From assembly GCA_950097015.1 (NCBI GenBank), contig CATNEN010000003.1, positions 8,370,001 through 8,434,000 of the forward strand: 64,000 bases of DNA, given 5' to 3'. The translations under genes were made by a program, and so were the position numbers. The stretch is from Macrostomum hystrix (lineage: Eukaryota > Animalia > Platyhelminthes). Positions 1 through 10,839 of the stretch are shown here, one piece after another; position 1 is the first letter of the stretch; every line of letters starts with the position of its first letter. Below the pieces are notes generated by a model, which saw only the letters and a list, made by a program, of their open reading frames with translations, made no database searches and was not told where the DNA came from.

Positions 1-22
1 TTTTGGAATTTAAGTCAAGAAC

Positions 23-2484
23 TTAAAAATCGCGAAGACTTACAACTTCAAAGGGCACTGGCACGGCAAAGAATTGCACGTTCGGTTGGCTACTCCCGCC
101 GCCACCATCGCGGCGTCCGCCTCGGTGACGATTTCGTCGTTGAGCCGCCCGTTCGGCTTCCTCGATGTCCTCCTGAAGGCGAGTCTTCTCCCGGCGTTGC
201 TTCCGAGCTGTGGCATCGATCTGCAAATGAACGAAATAAATTTTCGTTGGAATTTTAATTATTTTTAATGCATCCCGATAAGCACGTAATATTCATCACT
301 TTTTTCGATACATATCGGATTGACATATCCGATATATGTACAATGCGATATATACATATCGCATTGTACAACTATATTTTTTCAAAGCAGTGTAACTGAT
401 AGGCATGATGATCACTTGTAAGTTCGTGGCCTAGTGGTTGAAGCCTCGGTACAGACCGAGAGGTCGGGATTTCGAATTTCAGACAAAAGAGATAAAGACA
501 AATTATGTGCTCAAGCTGGACACTGTACTCCTTAATGCTTGATGCTTCCTTAATGCCTCATTTCGATGTAAGATAAGTGCCTTTGTCCCCAACCCCAGTC
601 CACAGGCTGAAAAGCTCATAGCCGCTCAAAAGGTGCAGCTGTGCCACCAGCATATATACAGTTTTCTATACATATCGGATCAAAGCATCTCGTTATGATA
701 TAGACTTTCACCTGCTTCTCAAGCGATGCGATTCGGGTCTCAGCCTTGTCTAGCAGCTGGTACAGTTCCAGACGCTCCGAACTCTCCATGCCGTTTCTTT
801 TCTGCTGCTGGCTGGCCTTCACAGACGCCATCTCGTCGCGCAGCTTCCGATTCTCCTCCATCAGCGCCTTCGCCCGCTGGTCGTCGTCGCGTCCGGCTGC
901 GTTGCGCCGATCGCGCAGCAGTCGCTCCATGCGCTCAATGACCTTCTCCTGTTTGGCGCAGGCTTCCTCCAGACTGCGCTGCTTGGCTACTCGCTCTTGA
1001 AGACGCTGAAGCAGACGCTGTTGAGATTCGTGAGCGTCTGCTAGTCGTTCCATACCAGTCTCTGTCTGATTGCCAGCGATCAGCTCGTTCTGAAGCCGAT
1101 GTACCCGATCCTTGTACTGTTGCAGTTGGGCCACGCTGCCCCGCAGGTTCTGGCGCAGGGCGACTGCAAAGGCCCAGGTTTTCACGGGATGTTTGGTGAT
1201 TTTACGGCAGCTGGGCTATAAAGCTGTGCATATGGGGGGATCGGATCAGGAATAAATGAGAGCTCGGATTAAGGGGAAATGGAAATATTAAAATTATGCT
1301 TGATTAAACGATTCTTCATTAGATGAGAACGAATAATTAGTGATAAATGAGAACGAAATAATAATAATCAATAAGACAGGGGCGTTGCCAGGAGGGGGCA
1401 CAGAAGCCACGCCCACTAACGGCTGACGAAACTTTAGGCAGCGCGGCGTCCCCTGGTAGTGGCGCCCCCTGGTAGTGGCGCCCCCTGGTAGTGGCGCCCC
1501 CTGGTAGTGGCGCCCCCTGGTAGTGGCGCCCCCTGGTAGTGGCGCCCCCTGGTAGTGGCGCCCCCTGGTAGTGGCGCCCCCTGGTAGTGGCGCCCCCAAG
1601 AGGCGTGCCCCCTCTAAAGGAAAAATCCTGGCTACGCCACAGCTATGAGAACGAATAATGTAGATGAAAACGTTATAACGAAATATATTTGGTTTTAGGA
1701 ATGATTAACGCAAACCATGACAGATAAGAGGATAAGAGTCCTCATTACCGTATCGCGCCATGAGCTCAGCCCTGGGAATGCCATCCAACTCGACGCTATC
1801 CTGCAGTATTTTCGATGCATCCGAATAGCTTCCAAGATCGCGCCTGAGCGCTGAATTTTCCATCTCCAGCTCGCGCACCCGATCTCGCAGGGCCAGAATG
1901 TCTTGACCCATCTTGCGCAGAGCGTCGCGATATTTTTCAATCTCGCCCAGCTGTCCGTCCAGTTGAGCAATGTAGTCGGGTCCGTAGTTGTGCAACTTTG
2001 GCACTAGGGCGTTGCTAAGTGGCGCGGCGGCTGCAGCCGCAGCCTGTGGTCGACGGGCGGTGCCGGGACCCGCGGGGAAGATATAGTCATAGTCTGCAAG
2101 TGCGCCTGCCGGCAGAGGCGTGGAGCCGGCCGCATCTGGCAGGTCGCCGTCTGTGATTGGCTGACGTGGCGGAGTGAAGTTGGAGATGACGTGTGCGTAA
2201 GAGATCTGATTGGCTCGAATAGCCTTTTTTGTTTCGAAAATTCATCTGCTAATTTTGATCAGGTCTTAAATGCTCGTACATGCATTTTAAAATTAAATGC
2301 AGTTTAATTTGGCCATAGAATTTGGATATTTTCAATATAACCTGACCATTGCCTCAAAAACTCAGTCTGGCCATAGACTATCGAAGCTTAAAACTATCAA
2401 TGTCTGTAAAACAATTTCCTCGAAAAAGAATCAAGTTTTCACACTTACATCGCTGGTATATGGTCGATAGTACAAGGTTGCCAT
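23..2484 (-). CDS. CCDC33: CCDC33-like coiled-coil protein; inferred exons 2484-2449, 2205-1749, 1163-712, 220-(44 or stop at 23)
   Basis: Peptides EIEKYRDALRKMGQDILALRDRVRELEMENSALR, LQNELI, LEEACAKQEKVIERMERLL and LLDKAETRIASLEKQ resemble the CCDC33 C-terminal coiled coil. GT-AG junctions join in frame. The 5' and 3' ends are uncertain; a possible extra 30-nt exon lies at 3976-3947. Confidence 0.7.
420..560 (+). mobile_element. degenerate tRNA-derived SINE head in intron
   Basis: A-box TGGCCTAGTGG and degenerate B-box ATTTCGAATTTC; similar to 39170-39280. Confidence 0.4.
1377..1642. mobile_element. MITE carrying a 17-bp minisatellite (CTGGTAGTGGCGCCCCC, ~1449-1597)
   Basis: Imperfect terminal inverted repeats CAGGGGCGTTGCCAGGA / TCCTGGCTACGCCACAG; about 9 internal tandem units. 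Confidence 0.65.
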
Positions 2485-4057
2485 AGTACTATAGGAACGA
2501 CCAAATCAGATTAAGATTGTATTCCTTGGTTTCTTGGTTTTCCTTCTCTTTGTTGTCTTTTCTTAATTTCTGATTTTATGCGTCATATAAAAACACGATC
2601 GCCTTTGCTTTAAAATTAATTTTCTGTCCAGAACTATAGGAGAGGCAGAAGCACAGTCTGTTTGGTTTGTGCTGCGAGAAAAAGAGAAAAATGCTGGCCT
2701 TCTATTAAAAGACGCCAAGAAGAGTTGCTCTTCTGTGCTCTAAAAGATACGCTGGGCGCTATGTGTGCGCAATGTGCACACACCTTTTTAAGCTTAGAGT
2801 GACCAAATTATTCTTTGCGGAGTATAGGAGTGTACACAAACAGTGTACTCAGCACCTTGAATCTTTCGCTTCGCTTTTCTCTCTGTCCCTCTCCCTCTTG
2901 ATCCTTCTGTAGTCATGGGATACGCTTTAGCCCTATAAACATTGCAACATAAGCATGCATAATTATGGGATCTTATATAATGGTTTGGGAATTTACGAGC
3001 GTAGTTTGTTTGCAAAATTCCAACTCCACAGCATATTTGCAGATATAGAAAAGAAGGAAATGAGAATTTCAGTTGTCTGCTATGGGTAGCTTTGAAAACG
3101 TTATCTCATTCTGTCAATACTTGTGCGATAGGCTATACGTTAAAGATAAATCTGCAGCGCATGCATGCCTACTTATAGTAATGCAAATCTTGACAGTTTT
3201 TAGAAAGTGAAAAATCTTGATCCCTTTTATCAATCGAATATAGCCCGAGTAAGTATGGATTGGACAGTCAAAATTATAGGGTTGGAGATTTTAGTTAAGT
3301 GTAGAGTGGAGAGTGGAGATTTTGAAGAGCGGAGAGTGGAGATTGTGTAGAGTGAGGTTGAGATGGTCTAAAGTGGAGGGTGAAAAATTTGGTTACATTT
3401 TTTCTCTAACGTGCCATGAATACTAACGCAGCACTATAAATAATACGCTAATATTATTATTAATTATTAATAAATAATTTGTCTAATTTACGGTACTTTT
3501 GAGGCAACTCAGTGAGCTGATGAGAACCAATTAGCTGCACTTCGATCTGCGTCTGCATAAGCTTTTTTGTTGCATTAAAAAGTGAAGAATAAAGTCAATA
3601 AAGGGCGATTACATCAAGAAGCATATGGGGCAATGGGCACACGAGTTGGTTAAAGACTGATAAAATAGTTTCAAGTTCTAACCACTGGAAATTGTCTTCT
3701 TTAGCCAGCTGAAATCTAATTTGTTATTCAATTTCTATGACAAAGAGAGTCTGACTTGTCTAATACTAACAGTAGTGCTATTTGCACATTTTCATTCCGC
3801 TTGTATAGTATAGCAAATTTATGTAGCTTCTATATATTTAGCCTTTAGGAAACTATAGATTGGCTTCTCTTAGAGTTAGTCTCTAAAATAGCAGTAATGT
3901 TTTCATTCATTAATAAAAATCAACAGTTTTCAGAAACTTTACTTACTTGTTTAGGTCGAATTCGGCATCTGAGGCTCTGCAACACGAAAAGTAGTATAAT
4001 AAGAATTAATGTTAACCGTTAATCAAAAACAAAATGCAGCATTAACATTTTCCCTTT

Positions 4058-4248
4058 ATCGCTTCTCGGCCTTATTGGCTAAGATCAAAGTGTAGTTTCT
4101 GTTCTTTTGAGATTAATACCTCAAACGTAGACCATTGGTCTACTACGTTATTAATCCAGTTTTTGTGGAATCGGGCCAGTGCTTCGTGTTCACACGACCT
4201 GGTCCACGCGTAGGCCTTGCGCTGCAGTACAGCAAGGATCTGCGCATC
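4058..4248 (+). ncRNA. U2: U2 spliceosomal snRNA (variant branch-point recognition sequence)
   Basis: Starts ATCGCTTCTCGGCCTTATTGGCTAAGATCAAAGTGTAGTTTCTGTTCTT; stem IIa TTGAG..CTCAA, stem IIb GTAGACC..GGTCTAC, Sm-like AGTTTTTG, stem IV loop CTGCAGT; about 190 nt. Confidence 0.93.
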
Positions 4249-4793
4249 TAAGAAATACAAAAATAAACCGAGCGGGCAGCGTAAAACACCCTTCTGTAAA
4301 ATCCTTGGAAATAAGTGTTAAGCCGTATACTTTCATTTCACTGAGACGCTCACAAGAAACGAAATTGGTGTGTTTTTATACAAGCCTACGTACGCATTAC
4401 TAGTAAAAAAGTTTCTTGCTTTAGCAGTTAACTAATTTTTTTCCAAACTAATTTACAATATTAGATTTGAATTCAATCGAATACTTATGCAACTTAAATA
4501 TAAGACTGTTGAAAAATACATTTTGTCATTCCTCATAATTTTTACTATAATAAAAAACTTTTTTATTATACTTTCCTAATTATTATAAAAAAGACTGGAA
4601 CACAAGTAAAGACGAAAACATTTTAAAGTACTAACAAAAAATTTTTATATAGAATTTCTATTATATTTATACATACCGACTGTGGCTCCACGCAAATATT
4701 AAGTCCAGTTTTAAAACTGGAAGTAAAAGCGCTTCATGCTTTGGTAGAAAAAACTACCAATATGCCTAAATAAAAAGGGCTGTTTTCCAAAAA

Positions 4794-4829
4794 CTTCTCG
4801 GCCTTATTGGCTAAGATCAAAGTGTAGTT
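4794..4829 (+). pseudogene. U2 snRNA 5' fragment (36 nt) fused to downstream element
   Basis: Identical to 4062-4097 and stops at the branch-point recognition sequence; upstream flank differs from that of the full U2 gene. Confidence 0.9.
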
Positions 4830-5700
4830 GATCTTACCGGAAACATCGGCAACACAACAATGGCAACAGCATCGACCAGCCTGGAACAACAACACGACAG
4901 CGTCGACGAAGACGAAGAAGGAGACAGGCAACCCAACAGCCAACCAACGCGTACCGCCTGCCCAGCCTGTGGAAAGCTCCTCACCATCAAAGGACTACCA
5001 CGCCACCTCAAAGCCTGTCGAGAACGCCACTTACAAGCCGGAGACATCACTGGCGCCGACCGGGCGGCTAGCGCAATGGACGGCCAGCATCGTTGTCCCC
5101 ACTGCAGAGCGACCTTCGCCAGGCTTGCTAAACACATCAGCACCTGCCCAGCTGCTCCTGCCAGCAGAACCGCCCAGCGCAGGAAAGCCCCGTCGGAGGA
5201 GACCACAAATGCGACAGATGCGGCGCGGAATTCGGCACGGCACGCGCCCGCAACATCCACGCCGCCAGGTGCAGGCCAAAGACGACGCCGAGCTAACGAA
5301 CGCAGTCGCATGCCGGCACTGCCACATGATCATCTCCAGCGCCAGATGGGCACGGCACGCGACCCTTTGCGCCACGAGACGGGGAGCCCCGGCAGCAGCA
5401 GCGGCACCTACGGCGGCGGCAGCGGCTCCAGCAGTCCCTGCCGTCTCAGCAGCACCAGCGACAGCGACACCAACAACACCAACGGCGGTGGCGTCAGCGG
5501 CAGCACCGGTAGCGGCCGTGACAGCAGCAGCACCGACGGCGGAGGCGGCGGCGACAGCGACACCCGCGACTCCAACAGCACCCGCGGCGCCAGCTCCAGA
5601 GGCACCAACTACGGCCGCGGCGGCAGCATGCCTCCAAGCGATCGCCAACCTACCTGAGGACGACGCAACAGCCTGGCCGGCGTTCTGCACCGCCTGCGAT
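4830..5700 (+). mobile_element. 5' fragment of putative U2-targeting retrotransposon (Utopia/NeSL-like); zinc-finger ORF from ATG 4860, frameshifted near 5270-5290, truncated at ~5700
   Basis: Three C-x2-C..H-x3-C fingers (CPACGKLLTIKGLPRHLKAC, CPHCRATFARLAKHISTC, CRHCHMIISSARWARHATLC) followed by an Ala/Thr/Pro linker; GC-rich island starting at the U2 junction; no RT visible. Confidence 0.6.
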
Positions 5701-6435
5701 TTATCCTGTTATCGCAGGATAAATATGCGAACTTTTGCATGTAATATTCGGGATGTTTTTGGAAAACAAAGGTGAAATAATGCACGTCTTGCCGTCAAAA
5801 TAACGAAAAAACTTAGCAGAAGCGATAGAAAAACTGCTATCAAAGTAAAAATTGCGAAAAGATTATACTAAGGAGAAAAAGCATTTTATGCTATGTCAAA
5901 ATGACACCTACGTTGATCTCAGCCGATATTAAGTCAGTAAAAATTCAATCGGTTATAAAAATATTAACAAATTAACAACTACAGATTCGATTTTTCGCTG
6001 AAATTTATATTTGCTAGAATAATGGCTTTTCAATAATTCACAAATATTGTTAATAACGGCATTAAGTTTAAACAAAACGCATGCAAATGATATAGTCGAT
6101 ATTGTCTACTTCCTATTCTCTACTTCTCATTCTCAACTAAACTCTATACTGAACTACTGAGCACGGAGTAGCAGACGACCCTAGTATCGATGTCAAACTA
6201 GATGCCACAGAGGAATTTGATCAGTTTGATGCATAGCAACAACATATCAAAAAGAGCAGACGGAAAAAAGCAGGCCTGTACCTAACTTCGTGGCCCCGCA
6301 CAATTATCGATCGCTTTCGAGTGAGGACACCGGGACTTCTTTTTCCACTGTCATTTGATCAAAAACAAGCCCAAGCAAGAAATGCGGCATGCGCAATCTA
6401 GTTGTACTCATTAGTCTGCGTGACACCAACTGAAT

Positions 6436-6517
6436 GCCAATAAGGCCAAGAACCAACACCCACATTGATCTTAGCCAATAAGGCCGAAAAGCGACACCCA
6501 CATTGATCTCAGCCAAT
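6436..6517 (-). repeat. 38-bp tandem repeat of U2 snRNA 5'-end sequence (antisense on + strand); related copy at 5903-5928
   Basis: 6465-6494 reverse-complements to TCGCTTTTCGGCCTTATTGGCTAAGATCAA (29/30 match to U2 nt 2-31); motifs recur at 6436/6474 and 6465/6503. Confidence 0.85.
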
Positions 6518-7111
6518 TGCACTTTACAAGCATCGAATGTATGTTTCCCATGGGCCCATATTTGACAGACTTTTTAGACGGAGCCAGGTTAACGAAAACT
6601 AGTTACTTTTCTTCAATCACAACAAATCGTTCTTTCTCAGATTCCTCCGCACCTCAGATCCCTGCACATCCTAAACCACAGATCCCATATCTCAGAAAAT
6701 ACATCCAATATGGGACAGCTGATCCTACATCCGAGATCCTATATCTCATTCGACAGACCTTAGATCTCAAATCGCAGATCCTGAATCGCACATTCTGAAT
6801 CGTGATCGAAAAAGCCCTTTCAAGTTCCAATGAACCCGAATAATAATAGAGAGCGGAGGGACAGGATTTTGAAGTGTCTGGGTGGGGTCTCACAATGAGT
6901 CATGCTCATTGGATTGTCTACACTGCTCTTACCAACACTTTGCAAAACGATGCTGCGGAAGCAACGACTGAAAAGACTGAAGAGCCATAAAGAAAACGAT
7001 TGGACATTGAGGCCTTGGCAACAAGACATTGAGACACGCTTAGAAGACACAGGGGAGAGGTGAGACGGACAAAAAAGTAAAGGGGAGAAATGAGAGAGGC
7101 ATGAGAGAGTC

Positions 7112-7425
7112 TTGGTTGTCTAGCAGTCTTGGGTGTCTAACAGTATTGGGTGTCTAACAGTATTGGGTGTCTAACAGTATTGGGTGTCTAACAGTATTGG
7201 GTGTCTAACAGTATTGGGTGTCTAACAGTAATTGGGTGTCTAACAGTATTGGGTGTCTAACAGTATTGGGTGTCTAACAGTATTGGGTGTCTAACAGTAT
7301 TGGGTGTCTAACAGTATTGGGTGTCTAACAGTATTGGGTGTCTAACAGTATTGGGTGTCTAACAGTATTGGGTGTCTAACAGTATTGGGCGTCTAACAGT
7401 ATTGAGTGTCTAACAGTATTGGGTT
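7112..7425. repeat. 17-bp minisatellite (CAGTATTGGGTGTCTAA)n
   Basis: About 18 tandem units. Confidence 0.95.
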
Positions 7426-7499
7426 AACTCCCCCCTCCTGCCTCCTCCCCTCCCCCTCCCTCCACCTCGGCCCCTTCCTTTCCTCCCCTCCCCAGGCCC

Positions 7500-8932
7500 C
7501 TCCCCACCCTTTCCGCAGTCCCGTCCCCGTCCATAACTGCTACGTCCCACCAGCCAGCTCCTGTCCTGCCGAGCACCAACTTGACCCTGCGTCCTTCCTG
7601 GAAGACACCTCGCACGGGACTCACCTTGTCGTTGGCGACTTCAATGCGCACAAGGTTCTCTGGCACTTGCCCCTCTCCGACTCCAGGGGAGATCTTTTGG
7701 CGGAATTCCTCTTGGAACAAGGCGTCGCTGTCCTCAACGAAGATGCTCCCACGCGGCTACTCCAGTCCGGGCAGCCAACCTCCCCGGACATCAGCCTCGC
7801 CAACCTCGACATCTTCTTGTCCTGTGAATGGGAGACCCTTGTCACGCTAGGCTCGGACCACCTCCCATTCTGCTTACTATCAACACCGTGGAGTCCCCGG
7901 TGCCAGCTACTCAACACTCCTTTGTCAACTTCAAGAAGGCAAATTGGGAGAAACTCACCACTGAATGTGAAGACCTGTTTGAGAAGCTTCCTGCTCCCAG
8001 GCATCCTCATCCTGGAGAGAAAGCCTTCAGGCAGGCTATCCTTCAAGCAGCTAAGCACCACATCCCAGCTGGGAAACTTCAACATTTTCGTCCCCACTTC
8101 CCGCCGGAAGCCGACGCCCTCTGCAAGCAAAGAGACCTCATTCGCACGGATAACCCTCACGGAAGCTATCACCATCATTCAAGACGAAATCAACCAGATC
8201 TGCTCCAAATTTCGCCGGGCGAACTGGAGGGTAAAGCTTGAGCAGTTCAGCATCAAGCACCAGGTCTCTGAACTGTGGCGAACCATCAAGAACCTCAGCG
8301 GTAAAGGCCACAAAAAAAACTCCGCTGGCATCCTTTTTGACGAGCTTCCTTTAACTGATTCCAAACGCATTGCCAAGGCCTTCAACAGGCAGTTCTTTGA
8401 TCAAATTCATCCGGCCACCCCGGACGACAGACGCCTCAAAAGGGACATCAGACTTTACCCCACCAATGGCTTCCTGCTCACGTCCAAGGGACGTCACGTC
8501 GGCCATCAAAAGCTCTTCGCCGTCCAAAGCCACCGGACCGGATGGCCTTTCCCCCATCGTCCTGAAGCATCTTGGACCAAAGGGAATTGCCTTCCTCTGC
8601 TGCCTATTCAATCTGAGCCTTAGCACCAGTATCGTTCCTAGCACCTGGACATCTGCCAAGGTAGTGCCTCTTCTCAAAGGGACAAAGATGCTACCTGCAG
8701 CTCCTCCTACAGGCCAATCTCGATCCTTTCTCCAGCCGCCAAATTGCTGGAAAATTGCCTGCTGTCCACCTTTCAGAGCGCACTTCCGCTCCCCACCTGG
8801 CAGCATGGCTTCCGCGCGGGGCACTCCACCGCCACCGCCCTCACCAGCCTCACCAGCTCCATCAGCAACGGCCTTAACCAACCTAAACCTGCTGAGAGGA
8901 CTCTGCTCATCGCACTCGATCTGCAAAAAGCG
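7500..8932 (+). mobile_element. decayed non-LTR retrotransposon ORF2 (APE endonuclease + N-terminal half of RT)
   Basis: EN motifs NCYVPP, VVGDFNAH, LNEDAPTR, SPDISL, GSDHLP; RT motifs KATGPDGLS, AKVVPLLK, QHGFRAGHST, LIALDLQKA; several frameshifts; breaks off at RT motif A. Confidence 0.92.
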
Positions 8933-9539
8933 TAGAAGGTGTATTCTGCACCGATATTGCATGAAAGACATCAAGGTCAACAAGCAGCCTGTGAAACTCC
9001 AGGTGCAGACTGAACAACCTACTACGGAGGTCTTTACGACACCTGCCTCAAGCCCTGCTCTGGCCTCTGGTCCATTCAGGCAGTCATCTAGATCATCATC
9101 CACTCCTCCAGTTCTCCGACATGCCAACCGCAGGTCATTGGACCAATTAATGTAGACACTCCTTACGGTCTTGGAACTGCCGAAGGACTACTGCGTCCCG
9201 CTAGCAGCCAGGTAGACAGTCCCTACAGCGGTCTGTTGGATCACCAAGCTGTCGAATCCGAAACAGAGATGGAGGTGGATGCTAAAGCAATTGCTAGTTG
9301 TAACACACTAAAAGTGGGGAACGAACCTCGCGCTGGCAGACCGAGACCGGTTTCTGGCTTGTTTGCCTTCGTCAGTCAGCCATAGCCACACGCAGTCCTC
9401 TCCCACCACTCTTAGTGTGCACAGAAGTCTCTTTCAAGCTTGCCATTTTTATGGCGATATTTTTTAGTGTTATTGAGAGTTTTGCAGCCAAGTCTTTGCT
9501 TTTCTACTGTTGTCAGTAGTCTGAATTGTATCTCTCACA

Positions 9540-9885
9540 CTAGTTCAGCATATCCAGAACTCACATGTGACGTCACAGATGCAAAATTTAGCAACCACGA
9601 AGGTGACTGCCTTGTGAACTACTATCCTAAACTCCTAGCTGATCAAGAAGACCTACTGTACCAGCGAATAGTCCGTGTGATGTCCTGTCGCTCGCCATTT
9701 AGACATCGCCCACAAGAAGTTATGATGAAGACGAAATCAGACCTTGGGCTTTCATACACTGCCTGCATGGATCACTCATCATCATGGCCGGTGCCTGCCA
9801 GCGTAAATTACTCCACTCGGTACCTGCAGTCACCGATCATGAAGGCTTACGAATCTCGCTGATCTTCAGGCGTACTGAAGTTATC
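9540..9885 (+). pseudogene. decayed AlkB-family 2OG-Fe(II) dioxygenase domain
   Basis: DCLVNYY..ADQE then, in another frame, LHGSLIIMAGACQRKLLHSVP..RISLIFRR, matching the ALKBH2/3-type C-terminal signature. Confidence 0.7.
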
Positions 9886-10574
9886 ATCAGGCCTCCAAAA
9901 AGACCGGACATAGACAGCATGAGCCCAATCGTCCAGCCAGCGGCGACATCTGAGCGACCAGGCAGTGGTGCGGCGAACTACGGCCCCGCCGCACCTGGCA
10001 GCTCTGGCAAGTCCAATCAGCCAGCTCAAAAGCAACAGCGCCAAGTTCCGATGACCAAGCCAAAGACCTATGCCAACACTGCAGCCGCTGCCAGGCCGAC
10101 GAAGCCATCGTAAAACAATGTCGAAAATAGTGGTTTTTGCCACCAGACACACCAACGAGAATAGTTGATAATCTCGATGATGACGATATTCTGTGATTCT
10201 GGGAGTTGTTTCATCGGATAGAGAAACAATTTTAGTTCATTGTCAATTGTCCATCCATAACTTCAGAAGTCCTTCTCGGTGGTGTTCGAGTCAGCCAGAC
10301 TGGAAGACTGCATCAACGATTTCCAAGTGCGTCGATTTCTTGCCAGCCGTCATTCCTGCTGATCCCGCGGAGCCTGGCCAATCAGCACGGACTGCTTCAA
10401 CTCACAGACCCGGCTGAAATTCATCGCACAGAACATTGCCAGCCTCGTGAGTTACGCCGCCAGTACTCACTCGAACTGGAAGCCAAAAAGCTATGCAAGC
10501 CTCCTTGCACAATTCGACCCGGAAACTGCTCCGGAGTTCCTGCTTAATCATCTGCTAAATTAATAAATTTATTC

Positions 10575-10768
10575 GATAACTAATTGATTACACCTGCCCC
10601 GATTGGGCCAGATGTGCAGCCGACAGCACAGCCGCAGCGCGGCGCATCTGAAGGCTGCGTACCGCTGTTCAGTCCATGGACAGGTGAGGCGCCACAACCA
10701 CCCTCAATTACCCCAGCTGATGCTGGTACCCATTTAACAGCTGGGTGAACTGAAGCAATGTAGAGTTA
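10575..10768 (-). mobile_element. SINE family A, 5'-truncated copy
   Basis: Reverse complement of 58062-58250. Confidence 0.85.
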
Positions 10769-10839
10769 ATTGAATTGTTAAAAGTCGGAAATCAAGTCCC
10801 CAAAATTCATAAGACGTAATTCGTAAGTCGTAAGTCGCA

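Noticed and set aside
5031-5690. Ala/Val/Gly-rich minus-strand ORFs (also 25057-25485)
   Set aside because: Antisense shadows of low-complexity plus-strand coding sequence
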